From Chitinophagaceae bacterium (GTDB lineage: Bacteria; Bacteroidota; Bacteroidia; Chitinophagales; Chitinophagaceae), in the NCBI GenBank assembly GCA_014380425.1, contig JACMJX010000073.1, positions 1-51,427 on the forward strand: 51,427 nt of DNA, written 5' to 3'. The notes under the pieces are model-generated. The model did not search any database. It was not told where the DNA came from and worked only from the letters and a program-made list of their open reading frames with translations. Shown piece by piece: positions 19,448-28,244 of the stretch. The position numbers and the translations under genes were made by a program. The stretch's first letter is position 1. Every line of letters begins with the position of its first letter.

Positions 19448-20665
19448 ATGAATATTTTCGTTATTAATTCCGGCAGTAGCTCCATCAAATACCACCTTTA
19501 TAAAATGCCGGAAGGCCAGAGTATATGCAGTGGAATCATAGATAGAATAGGATTGAAGGGTTCCGTTATCCAACATAAATACTGGAATGAGGGAGAGGAA
19601 AAAAAAGTTGTGCTTAACATGGATATCGCCGATCACGAAAATGGATTACGGGAGGTAATTTATTTGATTGCTCATGCAGAGAGTGGAGTACTGAATGATC
19701 CTGGAGAAATAGAGTTGGTGGGGCATCGTATCGTTCATGGCGGAAAAGAATTTACCACGCCTGTATTGATAGATAACAATGTGAAAGAGAAAATAAAGCA
19801 AACTTTTCAGCTCGCTCCTCTTCATAACCCACCCGGCTTCCAGGGCATTGAAGTGGCAGAAAAACTCTTTAAGAATGCCAGGCAGGTGGCGGTATTCGAT
19901 ACCGCCTTTCATCAGACAATGCCGGAAAAAGCATACCGGTTCGCCATTCCCAATTCCTTTTATGAAGATCTGAATATTCGTGCTTATGGTTTTCACGGCA
20001 CAAGCCACCAGTATGTAGCTGCAAAGGCGGCCAAGCATCTTGGCAGCGAGACTATCAAGCTTATAAGCATTCACCTTGGTAATGGAGCTAGCATTACGGC
20101 CATACAAAATGGTCAGTCAGTTGACACAAGCATGGGCTTCGGACCGTTAAGCGGGCTTGTAATGGGAACACGATCAGGTGATATAGATCCTACGGTTCTA
20201 TTATATCTTGTCAATCAGGCGGGTTACCAGTTAGAAGAAGTAAGTACCCTTCTCAATAGAGAAAGCGGAATGCTAGGGCTCACCGGCTATAGCGATATGC
20301 GGGATATTACAAAGTCAATGCAGCGAGGCGATCAAAGTGCCCGGCTTGCCTATGATTTATATACCTACAGGATAAAAAAATACATAGGTGCTTACGTGGC
20401 CGCTCTTAATGGCGTGGACGCTATCATTTTCACTGCTGGAGTTGGGGAAAACGACGCAATAGTAAGAGAAATGGTTTGCAGCAATCTTGATTACCTGGGC
20501 ATTATACCAGACCTGGAAAAGAACAGCGGAAAAACGGTTGGCATAAGGGAAATTCAGTCAAATGCCTCCCGGGTAAAGATCCTGGTTATCCCTACCAATG
20601 AAGAGCTTAAAATCGCGGAACAATGTTTCGGACTCTTTAATAAGGGGTATAAAAGCGATCTTTAA
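19448..20665 (+). CDS. ackA: Acetate kinase
   Basis: INSGSSSIKY, VGHRIVHGG, FDTAFHQTMP, YGFHGTSH and a C-terminal PTNEEL are all present. Confidence 0.95.
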   Translation: MNIFVINSGSSSIKYHLYKMPEGQSICSGIIDRIGLKGSVIQHKYWNEGEEKKVVLNMDIADHENGLREVIYLIAHAESGVLNDPGEIELVGHRIVHGGKEFTTPVLIDNNVKEKIKQTFQLAPLHNPPGFQGIEVAEKLFKNARQVAVFDTAFHQTMPEKAYRFAIPNSFYEDLNIRAYGFHGTSHQYVAAKAAKHLGSETIKLISIHLGNGASITAIQNGQSVDTSMGFGPLSGLVMGTRSGDIDPTVLLYLVNQAGYQLEEVSTLLNRESGMLGLTGYSDMRDITKSMQRGDQSARLAYDLYTYRIKKYIGAYVAALNGVDAIIFTAGVGENDAIVREMVCSNLDYLGIIPDLEKNSGKTVGIREIQSNASRVKILVIPTNEELKIAEQCFGLFNKGYKSDL

Positions 20666-20759
20666 CAAGACAGGCTAACAATGGTATTGTGGCAACAACA
20701 GGCGATCGAAACTAACGTGTATTGTCTGCTTCACTGGATAGCTGGGAGCTCAACAATAA

Positions 20760-20802
20760 GCAGACACGGAACTGTGCATAACATACAGCGTTCCGTATCT
20801 GC
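20760..20802. terminator. Hairpin between convergent ackA and susD-like genes (possible bidirectional terminator)
   Basis: GCAGACACGGAAC / GTTCCGTATCTGC pair over 12 of 13 positions with a 17-nt loop. Weak U-rich runs lie on both sides. Confidence 0.45.
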
Positions 20803-20842
20803 TTTCAAACATCTAATGACAGGCCTGCCGTTATTGCGCCGA

Positions 20843-22459
20843 TTATGGTTTGTCCCACCAAAGTCGCGTGGCGATATTATCAGTGCCACCAAGCTTCTGC
20901 AAGGCACCGGAAAGCCCCGCTTGGTTGGTTGTTTTTTCGCTTACTGCAAAAGGGATTCTTTTTATAAACTCATTTGATGAAAGTACACCGCCACTTTTGT
21001 TCAATACTACCGGAAATAGCTTCGGATAACCTGTGCGACGGAACTCCGACCACGCTTCTACGGACTCCGGAAATAAAGCAATCCATTTTTGGGTAAGGAT
21101 CTGTTCCAGCTTTTCTTCATTGGTGCCCGCACCATTCCATTTAGGGCTTACCGTACTTAAATAAGGAGAGCCGACGAGTACACTATTTGCATTGTTGATT
21201 GGATCTACGTATGGAAGAGGCTTTGCTGTGCTATTCTTATAGTCTTCGAACTTGCCAGCCACATCCCATTGTATGAAAGAATGCCGAATGCCTTCTTCGT
21301 ACAAACTTTGTACAGTGGTAAAGTTACCTGGTACATTCCAGCCTTTGAGCTTTGCTTCTGCTTTGAGAAACCATACTTCGGCAGCCGTAAGCAGCTGCGT
21401 TTTATTTCCAAGGCTGGCCACGGCTGAATGCCTTCTATAAGTGTCTCCTGAATTAATCTCGATACCATTACGGATTCCTTTGTATTCATTTACAATCAGG
21501 GGATCTGTTGCAGGTTCAAAGAATTTAGAGATCCGCGGATCATCATAACCGGCAAGATAAGATTCCATAGGTGCTCCCATCCGGATATCGCCCCAGCTTT
21601 TTGAAATATCGTTAATGGGGTTGCTGATGGTTTTGCTATCAATGATAAAATCTGAAGCATTATCTTCTATCACTCCATACTTATTTAAAAGGGCTTTCTC
21701 ACCTTCTCCCTTCGCCTTTGCGGGGTCCACTTTTGAAATGCGAAGGGCTATTCTTAAACGAAGGGAATTCAGCAATTGCTGCCACTTAACGTAATCGCCT
21801 CCATAAGCCATATCGAAGTTTTTAAATACCTTTGGAAGGGAATTATCGGCAGCATAAGGCTCCAGCTTGGTTTGTGCTTCGTCAAGGTCTTTTAAGAAAG
21901 CCATATAAGCTTCCTGCTGCGAATCGTAACTTACACTTCCATCCTTATTTATCAAGCCGTAGCTGGTATAGATAATCGGACCATAAATATCTGAAATTCT
22001 TTGCATAGCCAATACTCTCAAGATCAGTGCCCAGGCATGGAAGTTTGAAAGTGTATCCCTGATTGCCTGTTTAATCGCCGCGCTTGATGGCGCCATTACC
22101 TGGGAATAGGCGAGGGTCCAGATGAAGTCGTTCCAGCCTTCCATCATAAAGTAATTACTGTTATTGCTATTACTGTTAAACGGGCTGGGCGTCATCATAT
22201 AACCAGAATAAATATCGGCATTCAGGTTCTGCTGAAGCTGGTATTGCCAGGTGGGGTTATAAAGATGTATTCCTAACTGCATTTGCCTGAAAGGCGCAGC
22301 ATAAAGCCCGAAATCAGCAGCAAGTTGTCTTTCTGACAAACCATAAGGATCTGTGTTGATGGATTCAAATTTCTTGGTGCAGCCTGAAACTACGGCTGCT
22401 ATCGTTATACACAATAGCACTCTTTTAGCGAGCACCGACAAATTATTATGATGTTTCAT
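20843..22459 (-). CDS. SusD/RagB-family nutrient-binding lipoprotein
   Basis: Lipobox VVSGC, 538 aa, a C-terminal RLWWDKP, and a position directly downstream of the SusC-like gene. Confidence 0.9.
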   Translation of the reverse strand: MKHHNNLSVLAKRVLLCITIAAVVSGCTKKFESINTDPYGLSERQLAADFGLYAAPFRQMQLGIHLYNPTWQYQLQQNLNADIYSGYMMTPSPFNSNSNNSNYFMMEGWNDFIWTLAYSQVMAPSSAAIKQAIRDTLSNFHAWALILRVLAMQRISDIYGPIIYTSYGLINKDGSVSYDSQQEAYMAFLKDLDEAQTKLEPYAADNSLPKVFKNFDMAYGGDYVKWQQLLNSLRLRIALRISKVDPAKAKGEGEKALLNKYGVIEDNASDFIIDSKTISNPINDISKSWGDIRMGAPMESYLAGYDDPRISKFFEPATDPLIVNEYKGIRNGIEINSGDTYRRHSAVASLGNKTQLLTAAEVWFLKAEAKLKGWNVPGNFTTVQSLYEEGIRHSFIQWDVAGKFEDYKNSTAKPLPYVDPINNANSVLVGSPYLSTVSPKWNGAGTNEEKLEQILTQKWIALFPESVEAWSEFRRTGYPKLFPVVLNKSGGVLSSNEFIKRIPFAVSEKTTNQAGLSGALQKLGGTDNIATRLWWDKP

Positions 22460-22477
22460 ATATGTTGTTTTTAAAAG

Positions 22478-25400
22478 TTAAAAACCAAGTTTAAGGTTTA
22501 CTCCAATGCTTCTTGTAAGCGGTAAACCAAATGCGTCTACTCCCTGCACACCATCTGATGTACTCATAGATACTTCCGGATCGAAAGGAGCTTCTCTTTT
22601 TATGAAGAAAAGATTACGGCCTACAAGTGAAATAGCCATCTGCCTGATACCTTTGATCTTGACAGGTATGATATAGCCTGCAGTCAGCTCCCGTAGACGG
22701 ATAGCGGTTGCATCGTATATATAAAACTCCCCCACAGCCGACCGTCCACCTACGCCTCTATAGTACTCCTTTGCATCTGTAGTTCCCGAGTAAGGTGCAC
22801 CCGTAGTTTTGTCGATTCCCGATACCCGAACGCCACCGTTATCTCTTGCATCGGCAGAAGCTTTACTGAAGCCCTGGGCATCGAGGATTGCCTGGGTGAG
22901 GCTTAGTACTTCACCGCCAAAGCGGCCATCGATAAGGAAGCCAAGATTGAAACTTTTGTAGCGGAAATCATTGTTCCAGCCAGCAGAAAAGTCAGGATTC
23001 GGATTGCCTACCACTTCACGGTCCGTAGCGCGCACAGGAATTCCCTTGTCGAGGATCATCTGGCCCGTTTTAGGATCTCTTTCCACTACATAAGACAATA
23101 TATCTCCGAACGATCCTCCTTCCCTTACGATACTTCCATAAGTGTTGTCGGTTCTGGTAAGTTCAAATTCCGGGTTACCACTTATAACACCCGCTTCCGA
23201 CAGGCTTACCACTTTGTTTTTGTTCTGGGCAAAGTTCACCGATGTGCTCCACTCGAAGTTGCGTGATTTTACAGGCACTGCGTTTACAATTACCTCTATA
23301 CCATTGTTTCTGATATTGCCTACGTTAAGGTAGTAGGTGGATAATTCGGAACCGGAAGGCGCTGGGGTTTCAAAATACTGGTCGTAGTTATTGTTCCTAT
23401 AATAGGTAATATCCAAACCAATCCTGTTATCAAGAAATCGCCATTCTGTACCCAACTCGAATGAGCGATTGTCCTCTGGCTTTAACGGTTTGCCCGGGAA
23501 CGATCCTTTAACATTCTTGATATACTGAACAGAGGCGGGGTCGTACGTATACAATGCGGGATTCGTTGCGAAAGCTCTTACACTATTACCTACTTTGGCG
23601 TACGAAACGCGAATCTTGGCGAGGTTTACCGAAGCTGGCAAACGAAGTATTTCATTCAGTACTGCGGTAACTCCCGCAGAGAAGTAAAAGAACCCTCTAT
23701 CAGCATTAGGGGTAAAGGAGAGTGTAGATGACCAGTCGTTCCTGGCAGTTAGATCGGCAAACAGCAGGTCTCTGAATCCTACCGAAGCACTGCCCAATAT
23801 CGATTGAGTCTGGTACTTTGTAACACTTTGCTGCTTGTTTGCACCAATAGGGAGGATGCTTTGCGCATTAAAAACATTCGCATATTGAAGGCCTAGTTTT
23901 TCCCCGTTGGCATCTGCCTTTGCCCCATAGGAATCCAGCAAAAGCTTGTCGTTCTGGGTTATATCGTTGATTGCTGCACCCAGAGAACCATTCAGGCTAA
24001 AGTTTCCACCGACTCTTTTATTGAACAACAATAGCACATCTCCATAGGCAATCTTATTTTTGCTGTCTTCCAGTATAAGCCTCCCATTAAAGTCTGACAT
24101 CACCGGATGGGTACTTGCCGACATCTGCGATTGGTACTCATCGGTGTAATAGTCATAGCTGCCTCTGGCTTGTACGGCTAGTGAAGGGTTCAGATCATAT
24201 TTTAGTGTCAGGGAGCTGAAGGCCCTGTTTCTTGCATCGGTGCGGGTATTTCTGTTAAGCAGCCAATATGGATTCTGGGAATACTCATTGCCGATAAGGC
24301 CTTCATCGTAATTAATATTCCACCAGTCCTGAAGCTCTATGCGCCTGGAAGGTGAAAAGTACTGGTAACTATTTTTATACTCGGCCAAGCCATAGTTTCT
24401 TGGCAAAAGCGCAACGCTCATCTGTGGATTACTGTATAGCCCCGAAACCGGCCTGTTGTCAGACTCCTGCCGGGTTAGGGTAACAAAGCCGTCGATGGAT
24501 AATCTGTTATCAAAAAACTTAGCCGTTTCACGTAGTGTAAGCGTGTGGCGACCAAATTTGCTAGTGGGTACTACCCCCTTATTACTCGTGTTAGCGTAAG
24601 AAAAATAAGTTTGGGCTCTATCCGTACCGGCACTAAGGCTCACACTATTGATCCAGGTGGTACCGGTTTGATAAAATTCTTTAAGCAGATCCCCGCCATT
24701 CACTGCCGGGCCCCATCCATCTTCTTCAGCGGGAGAGCTTTGACCGTAATTATATTGCAATTCCGGTTTCAAAGCAACCCTGTCGATGGTAAAGTTGCTG
24801 GAAACTGTTATCTGTGCTGCACCTGCTTTACCTTTCTTTGTCGTAATTACAAGCGCACCGTTAGCCGCCTGGCTTCCATACAATGCTGCCGCGGAAGCAC
24901 CTTTAAGCACCTGGATGCTCTCGATATCTTCCGGGTTCAAATTGGAAATGGCATCACCTCCGTCTCTTCCCGGGCTCGAAGTTCCTGAAGATTGTCCGAA
25001 TACGTTTTCTGGCTGGCCAACAGGAGTATTAATCATCGGAATACCGTCAATAACATATAAGGGTGAATTATTTTGGGTTGATTTATTACCCCGCATCACT
25101 ACTTTCACAGATCCGCCCGTTCCCGATGCACTTCTGTTGATAGTAAGGCCCGCTACCTTACCACTTAAGCTGTTTATAAGATTGGCGTCTTTTACGCTCG
25201 TTAATTCGTCTCCTCCTACTTTCTGCGTAGCATAGGTAATCCCTTTTGAAGACCGGGAAATGCCAAGAGCAGTTACTACAACTTCATTCAATTGCTGGTC
25301 TGCTGGAGAAAGAATGATATTGATCAAGGTCTGATTACCTACGCTTAGCTCGCGTGTTGCAAATCCAATAGAAGAAACAATGAGCACATCGGTTTTGTCT

Positions 25401-25858
25401 GCCTGAATAGAAAAGAATCCTTTGTTGTCTGTCACAGTTCCTGTACCAGTAGATTTAACTATTACGTTTACTCCCTGAAGTACTTCTCCGGCGGCACTTG
25501 TAATAGTTCCCGTTATTTGAGCGAGCAACATTACTTTTTCCAACGTACTAACGGATGTCGATAACGTTCTTAAATGTACAGAAATCACTTTATCCTCCAT
25601 TGAATAGGTAAGTGGCTGCAAAGCGAAACACTGGTCAAGGGCATTCTTTAATAGTACATTTTTAAGGTTAACAGTAACCCCTTTTGCTTTTTTCAGTAAT
25701 TCAACATCGCAAAAAAAGATATAGCCTGTCTGCTCCTCTATAGAGGATAATACTTTAATAAGTGGAGTGTTCATCACTTTAAGTGTCACTCTCTGAGAAT
25801 AGCCCGTTGCGCTTACATGCAAGCAGGAGACAAGGAGTAGAATTACTGTGAGTTTCAT
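22478..25858 (-). CDS. SusC/RagA-family TonB-dependent transporter with N-terminal STN signalling domain
   Basis: An STN-like region (LIKVLSSIEEQTGYIFF) is followed by a CarboxypepD_reg-like domain, a plug and a 22-strand-size barrel ending in NLKLGF. The likely start is ATG 25858; the track ORF extends to 25936. Confidence 0.9.
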   Translation of the reverse strand: MKLTVILLLVSCLHVSATGYSQRVTLKVMNTPLIKVLSSIEEQTGYIFFCDVELLKKAKGVTVNLKNVLLKNALDQCFALQPLTYSMEDKVISVHLRTLSTSVSTLEKVMLLAQITGTITSAAGEVLQGVNVIVKSTGTGTVTDNKGFFSIQADKTDVLIVSSIGFATRELSVGNQTLINIILSPADQQLNEVVVTALGISRSSKGITYATQKVGGDELTSVKDANLINSLSGKVAGLTINRSASGTGGSVKVVMRGNKSTQNNSPLYVIDGIPMINTPVGQPENVFGQSSGTSSPGRDGGDAISNLNPEDIESIQVLKGASAAALYGSQAANGALVITTKKGKAGAAQITVSSNFTIDRVALKPELQYNYGQSSPAEEDGWGPAVNGGDLLKEFYQTGTTWINSVSLSAGTDRAQTYFSYANTSNKGVVPTSKFGRHTLTLRETAKFFDNRLSIDGFVTLTRQESDNRPVSGLYSNPQMSVALLPRNYGLAEYKNSYQYFSPSRRIELQDWWNINYDEGLIGNEYSQNPYWLLNRNTRTDARNRAFSSLTLKYDLNPSLAVQARGSYDYYTDEYQSQMSASTHPVMSDFNGRLILEDSKNKIAYGDVLLLFNKRVGGNFSLNGSLGAAINDITQNDKLLLDSYGAKADANGEKLGLQYANVFNAQSILPIGANKQQSVTKYQTQSILGSASVGFRDLLFADLTARNDWSSTLSFTPNADRGFFYFSAGVTAVLNEILRLPASVNLAKIRVSYAKVGNSVRAFATNPALYTYDPASVQYIKNVKGSFPGKPLKPEDNRSFELGTEWRFLDNRIGLDITYYRNNNYDQYFETPAPSGSELSTYYLNVGNIRNNGIEVIVNAVPVKSRNFEWSTSVNFAQNKNKVVSLSEAGVISGNPEFELTRTDNTYGSIVREGGSFGDILSYVVERDPKTGQMILDKGIPVRATDREVVGNPNPDFSAGWNNDFRYKSFNLGFLIDGRFGGEVLSLTQAILDAQGFSKASADARDNGGVRVSGIDKTTGAPYSGTTDAKEYYRGVGGRSAVGEFYIYDATAIRLRELTAGYIIPVKIKGIRQMAISLVGRNLFFIKREAPFDPEVSMSTSDGVQGVDAFGLPLTRSIGVNLKLGF

Positions 25859-26105
25859 AATCAACAGTATTTTGGTTATTTTCTTCCATTCTCTGGTGTT
25901 TACAGAGGCAGGAATGCAAAGAGAAATTAAATGCATAACTTCGTTTTGTTTGAGTTAAACAATAGCAGTCTGTCGAACGATTGAATATCAGGTTAACTTA
26001 AATATCTTCCGCTCTGGCCACGAACCGGAGCGGTTTTATTTTGAGGTCCTGTATTTTAATTGGTCAGGTAATCATATAAGGAGTTGTTGGTTACTTATTT
26101 AAAAA

Positions 26106-27296
26106 CTAAGGCTGCACTATGAGCTTTCTTCCTTCTATCCGGCAGTTGATACCGTTGTTAGCAAGCACCTTCACTACCTTACTTAACGACATTCCCCGGA
26201 AGATTTTTCCTATAAATCGCTGTGAAGGTATAGAGCCCTTATATACCACATCTACGTTATACCACCTGCTTAGTTGACGCATTACGGCAGCTACATCTGC
26301 TTCTTCGAAAGTAAACAGGCCGTTTTTCCAGGCGAGAACCTCTGCAACATTCGTATTGCGTTTCACGTGTATAGGGTTATTGTTTTTAACAAGCGCTTGT
26401 TCTCCGCGTTGAAGCAGTACCACGTCGCTCCCCTTGCCTATACGGATGCTGCCTTCCACCAGCGTCGTTTTCACCGCCTCTTCATCTAGATAAGCATTTA
26501 TATTGAAGCTCGTTCCCAGAACTTGTATTGCCGTGTTTCCTGCAGATATGTAGAAGGGACGATTCTTATCGACTGCAATCTCACAATAGGCCTCGCCGCT
26601 TAATTCAATTCGTCGCTCATTTGCCGGAAATCCGGCAGGGAACCGAACCTCCGAAGCGGCATTGAGCCATACTTTCGTTCCATCCTGTAATATCACCTGG
26701 TATTGTCCGCCTCTAGGGGTGGTAATGGTATTATATAAAACAGAAGTGCCTGTATCTTGTGTTACGGCACCCGTATAAGCAAGTACTCCGGTGCCAGCTT
26801 TAATGATCGTTACTGCGCCCTGTCTTGCAAGGTCTCCTTCGCCTACAGAATCCAGCACGATTGTTCGTCCATTAGCTAGTGTAAGCAGCGCCCTGTTTCC
26901 CCCAGGCTCAATGTCCTCAATTTTTACAGCGCTCAACTGATCTGGTTTGGGAGTAGCATCCGATGAATCCCCTGGCCATAGAAAGGTGGCTGTAGTCGCT
27001 AACAATATGATAGCAGCGGCATATCTGAACCACCTTGTCTTTAGGAAATGGACCCTATGTACAGGAGAGATAATTCGCCTATCCTGTGAAAGGATCTCTT
27101 CGTACATCTTTGAAAGATCTGCATGGGTTTCCAGGCCCGAGGCCATTCTCCGATTGACGGCCTGTTCGATCTGGAGGTTGAATGAAGGGGCATTTTTTTC
27201 ATCAGATGCATGCTTTCTCAATAGGCTTAGTTCTTTTGCTGTCATACTTCCGTCCAGATAGTTCTGTAAAAGTTGCCCCAGTTCTATTTCGTTCAT
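26106..27296 (-). CDS. FecR-family anti-sigma factor
   Basis: The 396-aa ORF has a single TM (RYAAAIILLATTATFLW) and a FecR-like periplasmic domain. It sits between the ECF sigma and the STN-bearing SusC. Confidence 0.85.
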   Translation of the reverse strand: MNEIELGQLLQNYLDGSMTAKELSLLRKHASDEKNAPSFNLQIEQAVNRRMASGLETHADLSKMYEEILSQDRRIISPVHRVHFLKTRWFRYAAAIILLATTATFLWPGDSSDATPKPDQLSAVKIEDIEPGGNRALLTLANGRTIVLDSVGEGDLARQGAVTIIKAGTGVLAYTGAVTQDTGTSVLYNTITTPRGGQYQVILQDGTKVWLNAASEVRFPAGFPANERRIELSGEAYCEIAVDKNRPFYISAGNTAIQVLGTSFNINAYLDEEAVKTTLVEGSIRIGKGSDVVLLQRGEQALVKNNNPIHVKRNTNVAEVLAWKNGLFTFEEADVAAVMRQLSRWYNVDVVYKGSIPSQRFIGKIFRGMSLSKVVKVLANNGINCRIEGRKLIVQP

Positions 27297-27381
27297 AATT
27301 TCTTGTTTATCAGCATTAGCGCGTTTATCTTCCTACTCTATTTATCATGGACAGGAAATTAAAGAGGAACCATGCACCCTA

Positions 27382-27996
27382 TCAAGATAAATGGAAAAAA
27401 AAAGCCGCAGTAGCGAAAATCAATAAGTGGAAAAGAATGAGATGGCGCCTCTCTGCAAGATAGATACGGAGGAATTTCAGTGCTCTTACTATGTAACTTT
27501 GGGAAGTGATAACAGATATGTTCATTAAGCGGGCTATTTCTTCGTGCGATAAACCTTTTGATCTGCTCAACAGAAATGCCTTTTTTTGTTGTGCCGGAAG
27601 ATGATTCACTGCCTCATCCAGAATTCCTTGCAATTCTTTTTGCTCAAGAAAATCTTGGGGAGATCCTGCTGTTTCAGCAAAAAAAGCTTCCAGGTATTCA
27701 ATGTTGGACGTGGTGAAAACTCTTTGATTAAGGAAGTTTCTGATAAGGTTTTTGGACACCGTATTTAAATAACCCTTAAAATGGTGCACATCAGAAAGTT
27801 TACCTCTATATACCCACAAACGCGTAAAAATTTCCTGAGTTAGATCATAGGCCAGCTCATCATCCTTGGTAAATTGCAATGCAATAGTGTAAACGTGCTT
27901 TGAATAATAATTGAATACCACTTTGAACGCCTCAGGATCTCCGCCGGCTATTTTCCGTAGCAAGGCATGTTCGTTATGTAATGGTAAAATTGGCAC
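27382..27996 (-). CDS. ECF-type RNA polymerase sigma-70 factor
   Basis: Region 2 (DLTQEIFTRLW) and a region 4 HTH (LSHEEIARLMNIS) are present. Confidence 0.9.
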   Translation of the reverse strand: MPILPLHNEHALLRKIAGGDPEAFKVVFNYYSKHVYTIALQFTKDDELAYDLTQEIFTRLWVYRGKLSDVHHFKGYLNTVSKNLIRNFLNQRVFTTSNIEYLEAFFAETAGSPQDFLEQKELQGILDEAVNHLPAQQKKAFLLSRSKGLSHEEIARLMNISVITSQSYIVRALKFLRIYLAERRHLILFHLLIFATAAFFFHLS

Positions 27997-28244
27997 CAGG
28001 TGCTTGAGCAGTTATTTGAACTATAAAAATAAGGGAAAGAAAACATATATGTAGGCCGAAGCACGGAATGATTTTTACCAGACCGTATTGAAATATTCTA
28101 CTTACGGTAAGACAATTCATGCATGGCATACGGATCAGGAACGGGAGTTACCGCTGGGTAGTCCTATGATTATGATGGGATTCACTAAAGATCGACAGAT
28201 AAATACCTCGATGGTGGCGGAAAGAGATAAACGATTTGATGTAT

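Noticed and set aside
20681-20977. 98-aa plus-strand ORF after ackA
   Set aside because: It overlaps the 3-prime end of the SusD-like gene and the terminator hairpins, and has no motifs.
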